A stretch of DNA of 64,000 nucleotides from Acidimicrobiia bacterium (GTDB lineage: Bacteria; Actinomycetota; Acidimicrobiia; Spongiisociales; Spongiisociaceae), in contig VXMP01000003.1 in NCBI GenBank assembly GCA_009841075.1, positions 2,023 to 66,022 of the forward strand, given 5' to 3'. Each line of letters starts with the position of its first letter. Within the stretch, counting starts at the first letter, position 1. Below the pieces are notes generated by a model, which searched no databases, was not told where the DNA came from, and was given only the letters and a program-made list of their open reading frames with translations. Shown piece after piece: positions 28,077-36,202 of the stretch. Both the position numbers and the translations under genes were made by a program.

Positions 28077-29360
28077 ATGACACTAAGAGATGACTTGGAT
28101 AAAATATCTGACTATGGTACATTCAAAGATAGTCTGAATGCTCCGATACACAGGTGGTTCACCTATCCAGCCGGCTACTCATACCGGTTGGTCGAGGCAA
28201 AATGTTCCCAACATTCACTTGGCCCAGGCAGTCGCATAGCCGACCCCTTTGTGGGGACTGGTACCACGTCTTTAGCAGCTAAAACATTGGGCCTGGATTC
28301 AGTTGGGGTGGAAGCGCATCCGTTTGTTCACTGGGTAGCCCAAACCAAGCTTGAAAGCGATCATGATCCTTATCTTTTAGAAAAAGAATCTCAAATGATT
28401 CTGGACCATGCGATGGATATCTGCACAGAAGGGGTTTCTGAAAGGGCGCAATGGCCTGACCTCATATACAAGTGTTTTGACAACAGGAACCTAGACCGTT
28501 TATACGCCTTGAGAATCGCAGTTCTACAGACTGCCTATGAGCGCCAAGACTTTTTCAAGCTGGCCCTGACGGCTGCTCTGAGGGACACTACATCTGCTGG
28601 AGCGGGATGGCCTTATATAGCTCCCAGCAAGTTCGCTAAGCGAAAGGTGGTTCGTAACGCTTTTGAAGAGTTTGCTAAACGCTGCGAACTTATGGCCGAT
28701 GATGTCCGTTCTTACAACCCGATAAGGTCTGATCACAATCTTGTGCAGGGCGATGCTAGGTCATTAGCTTGGTATACAGGGGAGTCCAGCATCGATATGG
28801 TTCTCACTTCTCCCCCTTATTTGAACAATTACGACTATGCCGACCGGACCAGGATGGAGACCTATTTCTGGGGCATATATAACAGCTGGGCAGATATCAC
28901 GGCGAACGTGAGAGACAAGCTAATGATGTCCGCCACCACACAGGTCCGAAGAAAAGCTATGTCCACAATTCAGAAAATGCCTGTTGTGCAATCACTGGAT
29001 CCAAAGGTACACCGAGAATTGAGCGAAGCCGTCGAGCGGTTAGCAGAACTGCGTAATCAAAAATCCGGGAAAAAATCCTATGACCTGATGACGGCCGGTT
29101 ATTTTGAGGATATAGCAAGAGTTGTCATTCAGGCCTTTTCTGTATTGAAACCAGGTTGCCCGTTCATTCTGGTACTTGGAGATTCGGCACCCTACGGAGT
29201 ACATATACCCACCGATGAAATAATCGGGCGCTTGGCCATTGGAACGGGATTTGCTGATTACAGCGTTGAGGTCATCCGTACACGGGGTGATAAATGGGCA
29301 GGTAATTCTCAACGGCATAAGGTCCCACTCCGTGAGAGCATTGTCACGGTGATCCGATGA
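28077..29360 (+). CDS. Type II DNA methyltransferase (amino-MTase, N4C or N6A), motif I before SPPY
   Basis: 427 aa. ADPFVGTGTTSLAA (motif I, residue ~56) and MVLTSPPYLNNYDY (motif IV, residue ~245). The region is AT-richer than its flanks. Confidence 0.85.
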   Translation: MTLRDDLDKISDYGTFKDSLNAPIHRWFTYPAGYSYRLVEAKCSQHSLGPGSRIADPFVGTGTTSLAAKTLGLDSVGVEAHPFVHWVAQTKLESDHDPYLLEKESQMILDHAMDICTEGVSERAQWPDLIYKCFDNRNLDRLYALRIAVLQTAYERQDFFKLALTAALRDTTSAGAGWPYIAPSKFAKRKVVRNAFEEFAKRCELMADDVRSYNPIRSDHNLVQGDARSLAWYTGESSIDMVLTSPPYLNNYDYADRTRMETYFWGIYNSWADITANVRDKLMMSATTQVRRKAMSTIQKMPVVQSLDPKVHRELSEAVERLAELRNQKSGKKSYDLMTAGYFEDIARVVIQAFSVLKPGCPFILVLGDSAPYGVHIPTDEIIGRLAIGTGFADYSVEVIRTRGDKWAGNSQRHKVPLRESIVTVIR

Positions 29361-30112
29361 TGTCTAATCCTGCGGCTGCGCTCGGGCAGGAAATCGGAAA
29401 ATTATTTGAGGCCTTCATCGTTGAGAGATTGCGCCCGCCGGTGGAAGAAAGGTCCCATACGATTGAACCTCAGCGGATGGTGAACGGAACCGGCAATGTG
29501 TATCAAATAGACGCAGTTATCTCGAACTCTACGGGCAAACCAATCATGATACTTGATCCCAAATATATACGTTATAAAAAGCACAACCGTGACAAGGGAA
29601 GCTGGCTATGCGTAGCTCACTACAACCTCCGTAAAACATATCCGACCATCAGAAAGACCACAGCTGTCTTGGCTGGCAACTGGTCTAAAACCTCCCTCGA
29701 TTTGATAGATAGTTTTGGCATAGAAGTAATAACACAGGAATTCTCCACCATGGTGGAAATTTTGGGGGAATACGGTATTGAGTTCGACTGGGCGGAGAAA
29801 GATCGAACTACTCCGGCTAATTCGCTAGCTGCCTTTAACCGTCTTAGAAGAGGAGACAAGGTAAGTCTGGCCCATTCTCTAGCCGACGGGATTATGCCGA
29901 AACTCACTTCCTCGGTTTTAGATGTAATAGAAGGAACAAGTGAATCGGTACGAAGTCGTGTTACCCAAGTAGAAGTACTATTAAAGACTGATCGTCAGGA
30001 GATGCTCCTTCTAAAATATGGGTCCGTAGCAGATACAATTAGTGGCTTAGTTGATTTTATGGATGATCGTTCGGATGTGAGTGACCTGCTAGGCAAAAAG
30101 CCCGCGAATTAA
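29357..30112 (+). CDS. Putative type II restriction endonuclease (PD-(D/E)xK-like) partner of the upstream MTase
   Basis: 251 aa. 4-nt start/stop overlap with the MTase (ATGA). YQIDAVISN...IMILDPKYIRYKKH fits D...(D/E)xK. I recognise no other family motif. Confidence 0.6.
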   Translation: MMSNPAAALGQEIGKLFEAFIVERLRPPVEERSHTIEPQRMVNGTGNVYQIDAVISNSTGKPIMILDPKYIRYKKHNRDKGSWLCVAHYNLRKTYPTIRKTTAVLAGNWSKTSLDLIDSFGIEVITQEFSTMVEILGEYGIEFDWAEKDRTTPANSLAAFNRLRRGDKVSLAHSLADGIMPKLTSSVLDVIEGTSESVRSRVTQVEVLLKTDRQEMLLLKYGSVADTISGLVDFMDDRSDVSDLLGKKPAN

Positions 30113-30151
30113 GACCTAGATCAATAATCGCCGACCTCCGACCGGTCCACT

Positions 30152-31798
30152 GTGGCCTATCTAAAAGAACAACAGATCGGGTATCCTTTCGGCCACCTTA
30201 TGCCTGATGTTTATCGGACCGAACTCACCCCCCTTTCCTTCCTGGAAAGGTCGGCCCTGGTCTATCCGCACAAAACCGCCATAGTTGAGGGCGACCGAAG
30301 AATCACCTATCAGGAAATGGCCGACCGGTCCCGGCAAATGGCCGATGCGCTGGACCGCTCCGGTATCGGGCCGGGAGATCGGGTGGCCTTCCTGTGCACC
30401 AACATCCCCGAAATGCTGATGGCACATTTCTCTCCGGCCCTGTTGGGGGCGGTTCTGGTGGCGGTCAACGTGCGGCTCTCTCCCGAGGAGATCCGCTACA
30501 TCCTGGACCATTCGGGTGCCAAACTTCTGGTAGGGGAAGACCATCTGCTGGCCGGATTAGGCGAGGTTATCCCCCGACTTTCGGGCCTCTCCGAAGTGGT
30601 GTCTATCGACCGCGCCGGAACCGAAGTCCACTTTCCGGTCACACCGTTCGACCGGTTTATGGCCCGTGGATCGGTTCGGCCCCTTCCTTGGACAGTAGAC
30701 GACGAGGAGCGGACTATTTCGATCAACTACACCTCGGGTACCACCGGACGTCCTAAAGGGGTTATGTACACCCATCGGGGGGCCTATCTGAACGCCCTGG
30801 GGGAGATCATCCACTCCCGTCACTCCCCCGACACGGTTTACCTTTGGACCCTCCCCATGTTCCACTGTAACGGCTGGTGCACCACCTGGGGGGTTACCGC
30901 CATCGGGGGAACCCATGTTTGTCTCCCCAAGGTGGACCCGGCCGACATCTGGTCCCTGATCGACTCGGAACGGGTTACCCACTTCAACGCCGCCCCGACG
31001 GTGCTGATCAGCCTGGCCCACGCTCCCCAGGCCCACCCCTTCCCACAGCCGGTGACCGTTACCACGGCCGGTGCCCCGCCCAGCCCCACCATCATCAAGG
31101 CCATGGAGGATTTGGGTGCCCAGGTGGTGCACATGTACGGCCTGACCGAGACCTACGGCCCTCACACGGTGTGCGAGCTCCAACCGGGCGTCACCGATCT
31201 ACCGGTTGAGGAGAGAGCCCGGTTCCTGTCCCGCCAGGGGGTTTCGTTCATCATGGCCGACCCCACCCGGGTGGTGGACGACCAGATGCAGGACATCCCC
31301 CAGGACGCTTCCACCCTGGGCGAGGTAGTCATGCGGGGCAACAACGTCATGAAAGGGTATTTCGACAACCCCGAGGCGACCCAGGAGGCCTTTGCGGGAG
31401 GGTTTTTCCATTCAGGCGATATTGCGGTGTGGCATCCGGACGGCTATATCGACCTGCGGGACCGATCCAAGGACATCATCATCTCGGGTGGCGAAAATAT
31501 CTCCACCATCGAAGTGGAAAAGGCGATTGCCTCCCATCCGGCGGTGCTCGAATGTGCGGTGATCGCTATTCCGCATGAACGTTGGGGGGAACGTCCTAAG
31601 GCGTTCGTGGTTCCCAAGATCGGCGAGAAACCGGATCGGCAGGAGATCATCGATCATGTGCGTTCCCGCCTGGCCCGCTTCAAGGCTCCCGACGAGGTGG
31701 AGATGGTACAAACCTTGCCCAAAACCTCAACCGGAAAGATCCAGAAGTTTGTGCTGCGAGACCGGGAGTGGGGTGAGAGAGACCGCCGGATCAACTGA
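30152..31798 (+). CDS. AMP-dependent acyl-CoA synthetase/ligase
   Basis: 548 aa. YTSGTTGRPKGV, YGLTET, SGDIAV and PKTSTGKIQK. Confidence 0.9.
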   Translation: MAYLKEQQIGYPFGHLMPDVYRTELTPLSFLERSALVYPHKTAIVEGDRRITYQEMADRSRQMADALDRSGIGPGDRVAFLCTNIPEMLMAHFSPALLGAVLVAVNVRLSPEEIRYILDHSGAKLLVGEDHLLAGLGEVIPRLSGLSEVVSIDRAGTEVHFPVTPFDRFMARGSVRPLPWTVDDEERTISINYTSGTTGRPKGVMYTHRGAYLNALGEIIHSRHSPDTVYLWTLPMFHCNGWCTTWGVTAIGGTHVCLPKVDPADIWSLIDSERVTHFNAAPTVLISLAHAPQAHPFPQPVTVTTAGAPPSPTIIKAMEDLGAQVVHMYGLTETYGPHTVCELQPGVTDLPVEERARFLSRQGVSFIMADPTRVVDDQMQDIPQDASTLGEVVMRGNNVMKGYFDNPEATQEAFAGGFFHSGDIAVWHPDGYIDLRDRSKDIIISGGENISTIEVEKAIASHPAVLECAVIAIPHERWGERPKAFVVPKIGEKPDRQEIIDHVRSRLARFKAPDEVEMVQTLPKTSTGKIQKFVLRDREWGERDRRIN

Positions 31799-31838
31799 TC
31801 CTCCGGTATCTGCACCATCCCCTCTAGTCCTGAAAAAG

Positions 31839-31874
31839 AAACCCCGAGCGAGCAGTTAAGCCCTCTCGGGGTTT
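31839..31874. terminator. Bidirectional stem-loop terminator
   Basis: AAACCCCGAG (31839-48) pairs with CTCGGGGTTT (31865-74) around a 16-nt loop. On the minus strand the stem is followed by CTTTTTC, a better U-tract than the plus-strand tail TCCCTTG. Confidence 0.6.
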
Positions 31875-32347
31875 CCCTTGCCTCCGGTATTCGCTAGCCG
31901 GTTTTACCCGACCTGGACTTCCGGTGGCCAGTCAGACCCTTCCCCTCGTTTCCTCGGTTCCGAGTCGACAGTTGACTTTTTAAGGCCTTCGCCTTCCGAC
32001 TTCCTCGACCTCCGACTTGCGCCGTAGCCCGACTCGGTCCTTTTGCTTCTATCTCACCCCGGTCGCTAAACCTTGGATTGATAGCCAATTGGAGCAGTTT
32101 CTGTCCGATTGCTCGGCCACTAGTCAACAGAAGTTAAGTTACCCCATCCCGGAGCCTTGATTGTCCATAATCGGGCAGAGTTTTTGTCATTCTTTGAGCT
32201 TTTTTCGCGTTCTCGGCCCGTTTTTCGCGCCCTGGCCCCCCAACGATCAGAACGTCGCACCTCCGCCTCGCAAAGACATCGGGGACCCGCACCCTTAATA
32301 GGCCGAAAGCAAATCTGTCCCACCCGGCATTTATCATTGCCGACCAT

Positions 32348-33307
32348 ATGGTTTCCAAATCTTCACCGGCCGATGCTTCCGGCGAGAACCGGCTGTCTTT
32401 GATCCAAGACCCAAACACCACCGAACCAGCCCCGGCGGCTATTCCCCCCGAACCGGACGACCACGGGCCCGTGGGTTTAGAGACTATCTCCCCCAGCCGA
32501 GCCGGCGACTTCAAGCAGTGCCCGCTCTTATTCCGCTTCCGCGCCATTGACCGGTTACCCGAGCCTGTCACACCCGCCCTGGCCCGGGGCACCACTGCCC
32601 ACCTGGCCCTGGAACGCCTATTCGATCTGGATGCAGCCGAACGCACCCCGGAACGGCTGTTCGATCTGTTCCGGCAGGAATGGACCAAGCTGCGCCTCAC
32701 CGACGAATACGCCAACCTGTTTGCCGACCGGGAAGAAGAGCGGCAATGGGGTATCGACAGCCTCCGGGTAGTAGCCAATTATCTGGAGATGGAAGACCCC
32801 ACCGGATTCGATCCGGTCGAAAGGGAAATGATGATCAGCGAAGACCTCGGCAAGGTGGTGGTACGAGGTATCTTGGATCGCCTGGACGAGACGCCGGACG
32901 GGAAGCTGGTCATAGTCGACTATAAGACCGGATCAGGCCCTCCCGAGCGTTATGCTATTCCGGCGTTTTTCGCCCTGAAAACCTATGCCATGCTGGTCCG
33001 ACGCCGGTTAGGGCGTACACCGGTCGAGCTCCGTCTCTTGTATCTGGGTAGCTCTTCGGTGTACTCGATCGAGGTGGATCACAACACCATCGAAGGGGTG
33101 GAACGCCATATCCTGGCCCTGGTGGACGCCATCCGGAACGCCCTGGCCAACGACCATTTTCCGCCTCGGCCTTCGGTCTTATGTCGCTGGTGTGCCTTCC
33201 AACATCTATGTCCGGAAGGCCAGGCCTACGCCAAACCGGAACCCGCCCTTCCTCTTGTCGAACCGGAACCCCCCTCGGCTACCAAGACGAACGAAACCCT
33301 CGCCTGA
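32348..33307 (+). CDS. PD-(D/E)xK (RecB/Cas4-like) family exonuclease with 4-Cys cluster
   Basis: 319 aa. ISPSRAGDFKQCPLLFRFR, GILDRLD...LVIVDYKTG and C-terminal CRWCAFQHLC (1+3 Cys pattern). Confidence 0.8.
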   Translation: MVSKSSPADASGENRLSLIQDPNTTEPAPAAIPPEPDDHGPVGLETISPSRAGDFKQCPLLFRFRAIDRLPEPVTPALARGTTAHLALERLFDLDAAERTPERLFDLFRQEWTKLRLTDEYANLFADREEERQWGIDSLRVVANYLEMEDPTGFDPVEREMMISEDLGKVVVRGILDRLDETPDGKLVIVDYKTGSGPPERYAIPAFFALKTYAMLVRRRLGRTPVELRLLYLGSSSVYSIEVDHNTIEGVERHILALVDAIRNALANDHFPPRPSVLCRWCAFQHLCPEGQAYAKPEPALPLVEPEPPSATKTNETLA

Positions 33308-33332
33308 AAGCCTGGATCAGGGTTTTTACGGA

Positions 33333-34628
33333 TCAGGGGTAAACGCCTCGGATCAGCTTGGCGTCGGCCACCTTTTTGATCCCCTTCATCAACGCGGCGG
33401 TTCTCAGGTCGACCTGCTCGCGAATGCTGACCGCCAACACCTCCTCAAAGGCCCGGATCATGATCTCCTTCAACCGGCTCACGATCTCGTTTTCCGACCA
33501 GAAGTAATTCTGCAGGTCCTGCACCCATTCGAAGTAGGAAACCGTCACCCCGCCCGCGTTGCACAGGATATCGGGGACGATCATGACTCCATTATCAAGC
33601 AGGATCCGGTCTGCTTCCAGCGTGGTAGGGTTGTTGGCACCCTCCAGGACCAGCCTCGCCTTAACCTTTCCGGCGTTCCCGGCATGCAGCGCTCCCCCAA
33701 CCGCCGCCGGTATGAGCACGTCGCATTCGAGCCCCATCAGCTCGTCACCCGAAATCCGATCCCCACCGGGGAATCCTTTAATAGCCCCGGTTTCGTCCAC
33801 ATGACGGGCCAGCCTCCCTATTTCCAAGCCGTTGCCGTTATAGACCGCGCCGGTTAAATCCCCTATTCCCACTACCCGACAGCCGATTTCGGAGGCGGCT
33901 ATGGCGGCGTAGCGGCCCACATTCCCGAAACCCTGGATGACCACCCGGACCCCTTCTGCGGGCAGTCCGCATCGCAAAGCCGCCGACGGCAGGAGGCTGA
34001 TGATGCCCCTGCCGGTGGCCTCCCGGCGGGCCACCGAGCCACCCAGTTCCGGGGGTTTGCCGGTCACCACCGCCGGCACCGCATATCCTTGGTGTTGGCT
34101 GTAGGTGTCCATGATCCAGGCCATCACCTGCTCGTTGGTACCCAGGTCCGGGGCCGGTATGTCCTTTTGCGGGCCGATCATGTTGATCAACTCGGCGGTG
34201 TAGCGGCGGGTGACCCGCTGTAGTTCGGTCCTGGATAGTTGGTGAGGATTGATCCGCACTCCCCCTTTGGCACCGCCGAACGGCAGCCCCACCAGCGCAC
34301 ATTTCCAGGTCATAAGCATGGCCATACCCGCTACCTCGCCCAGATTCACGTCCTCGGCATAGCGGATTCCCCCCTTGGTAGGACCCATGGTGAGCAGATG
34401 CTGCACCCGATATCCGTAGGCGGTGCGGACCTCCGAATATTCGTCCGTCCGGTAGGGAAAGGTGACCACCAGGGACCGCTGCGGCTTGGTGAGACGCTCC
34501 CTTACGTTGTCGTCCAAGCCCATCTTCTCGGCTACGGTCTCGAACTGGGCGACCGACTCGCGGTAAATCGGCGAGTCCCACTCCATGTCGTGAAGCATTT
34601 GCATAACGTCCGGGTCGGTCTGCGTCAC
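33333..34628 (-). CDS. gdhA: Glutamate dehydrogenase (Glu/Leu/Phe/Val dehydrogenase family)
   Basis: 431 aa. PTKGGIRY, PFGGAKGGVRINP and IQGFGNVG (Rossmann). Confidence 0.9.
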   Translation of the reverse strand: MTQTDPDVMQMLHDMEWDSPIYRESVAQFETVAEKMGLDDNVRERLTKPQRSLVVTFPYRTDEYSEVRTAYGYRVQHLLTMGPTKGGIRYAEDVNLGEVAGMAMLMTWKCALVGLPFGGAKGGVRINPHQLSRTELQRVTRRYTAELINMIGPQKDIPAPDLGTNEQVMAWIMDTYSQHQGYAVPAVVTGKPPELGGSVARREATGRGIISLLPSAALRCGLPAEGVRVVIQGFGNVGRYAAIAASEIGCRVVGIGDLTGAVYNGNGLEIGRLARHVDETGAIKGFPGGDRISGDELMGLECDVLIPAAVGGALHAGNAGKVKARLVLEGANNPTTLEADRILLDNGVMIVPDILCNAGGVTVSYFEWVQDLQNYFWSENEIVSRLKEIMIRAFEEVLAVSIREQVDLRTAALMKGIKKVADAKLIRGVYP

Positions 34629-34690
34629 CGGTATCTCGCTTTCCTATTCAAAATGACCCCTGCTCAGAGGGCTTATCCACTTTCTTCGAT

Positions 34691-35908
34691 TCAATCCGAT
34701 CGGGAGGACTGATCCCATCGCACCACTACCAAACCGGACCCCGGCTTAGGGATGAACCAGGTCGATTTAGGAGGCATTTCTCGGCCCGCTTCGGCAACTT
34801 TAACGACCTCGTCCATGCTGGTCGGGTATAAGGCAAAACCCACCGCTTCGGCGGGGTCCACCCAACTTTCGAAAGGAAGGGTCGAGCCCTCGCCCGGCAC
34901 ATACGAAATGCTCGGGTCGTCATATGAGCGTAACCCGAATATCGGACCCAGAATCAGCTGATGAAGCAGGCTCACATCAATGCTATCTACCGGATCGTTA
35001 GGCCGTCGCCCCTGGAAAACCAGCCGATACCAAACGCCGTTCAACAGCATGGCCATCTCCCCGGGTCGGTTAGGCATGGCTTCCACCGAACCGGCCCGGC
35101 CTATCTCGCTGATCTCCCAGTCACCGGCCGCCATCCTGCTTATCTCTTCGGGCGGAAGAAGCTGGTCAAGATTTATCACCCGGTTGTACTCCCGTAGTAG
35201 GAGTTGATCGGTAGGAAACAGGGCGGCCAGGAACCAGCCGGGGGAATGCCCTAACCGGCGGGCAGCCGCTACCCGGTGATGGCCATCGATGATGTAGAGG
35301 GTCCTGATCCGTCCAAAGGTGGCTTGAATATCAACCAGATCGGAGTGGTCGGTGACCGCCCAAAGGCGATGCCGGATCCCGCCCTGGTCGGTGCAATCCC
35401 GCAGCGGTGAAGATGAGGCCAACCTCCCCATCATCTCCAGGTGGGCCGGGTCGGCCGGATAGCCCAGGGTCACCAAACCGGACGACATTCTGGCCTCTTG
35501 CATGAAGCGGACCAGGTCGTCTACCCGTTCCTGGAAGGTGCCCTCGTGTCCCAGGATTTTTCCCTGATCAATGGCGTTGACCGGTACCCCACCCACGATC
35601 CCCAACTGGCGATGGCCGGCAGTGGCGATCTCATAAAGGAAGAAGGCTTGGCCAGGAAGCGACTCGAACAGGCCTCGTTCCACCATTCCCTTGAAATGAC
35701 GGCTGGCCCGTCGGGCGGTGTCTCCCCTGGTCGGGTAGGGCTCGGGGAAATCGGCCACCGAGAGCACCACGTTCATAAAGGAATCGGGTGAGCTAACCGC
35801 AAACCCGTATCTCTCCTCGCCGAACGGAGAGTCGAACTGGGGGGCTACGATGTCGTCAGCCCGATCCGACCGGGCCACCATCGCTTTGAGAGGAATAAGT
35901 GAGGTCAC
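34691..35908 (-). CDS. DUF1015 family protein
   Basis: 405 aa. LYIIDGHHRVAAARRLG plus the general layout are typical of DUF1015. GTG start with GGAG 4 nt upstream. Confidence 0.75.
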   Translation of the reverse strand: MTSLIPLKAMVARSDRADDIVAPQFDSPFGEERYGFAVSSPDSFMNVVLSVADFPEPYPTRGDTARRASRHFKGMVERGLFESLPGQAFFLYEIATAGHRQLGIVGGVPVNAIDQGKILGHEGTFQERVDDLVRFMQEARMSSGLVTLGYPADPAHLEMMGRLASSSPLRDCTDQGGIRHRLWAVTDHSDLVDIQATFGRIRTLYIIDGHHRVAAARRLGHSPGWFLAALFPTDQLLLREYNRVINLDQLLPPEEISRMAAGDWEISEIGRAGSVEAMPNRPGEMAMLLNGVWYRLVFQGRRPNDPVDSIDVSLLHQLILGPIFGLRSYDDPSISYVPGEGSTLPFESWVDPAEAVGFALYPTSMDEVVKVAEAGREMPPKSTWFIPKPGSGLVVVRWDQSSRSD

Positions 35909-35919
35909 AGTCTCCAGCC

Positions 35920-35940
35920 ATTACCGGATTTTCCGGTAAT
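35920..35940. promoter_or_regulatory. Perfect 9-3-9 inverted repeat ATTACCGGA-ttt-TCCGGTAAT (candidate operator)
   Basis: Read directly. It lies 12-32 nt upstream of the DUF1015 start codon, in the intergenic region that separates it from the divergent adnA gene. Confidence 0.4.
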
Positions 35941-36202
35941 AATAGATATGTGGTTGATCGTCGGATATTCGGAATCGCTCGGCCCAAAAAATGTCACACC
36001 CCCGTTATAAGTTGCTCCCTATGAACAACACGACTATCTCCAAACCACAACTTAAAGCCAACCCTCCTGCCCGAGCCCGGGAAGCCATTCTGATCGCCGA
36101 GCAGTCAATGGTCGAGGCGGGTTTCCGGTTCAGGGTTATACCCGGGCGGCCGACTGGGGCGGTGACCGCCACAACCCTAGGGAATCGTACCCACCGGGCC
36201 GC

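Noticed and set aside
27959-28102. ~47-codon ORF upstream of the type II MTase as a possible controller (C) protein
   Set aside because: It is too short for an HTH C-protein, has no helix-turn-helix pattern, and overlaps the MTase start out of frame.
31801-31890. 9-nt direct repeat CTCCGGTAT flanking the terminator hairpin, as a possible MITE with target-site duplication
   Set aside because: There are no terminal inverted repeats inside, the repeat is short, and the enclosed sequence is fully explained as a terminator.
32134-32778. 214-aa minus-strand ORF overlapping the RecB-family nuclease gene
   Set aside because: It is Arg/Ser-rich and low-complexity. The plus-strand frame carries clear PD-(D/E)xK and Cys-cluster motifs.
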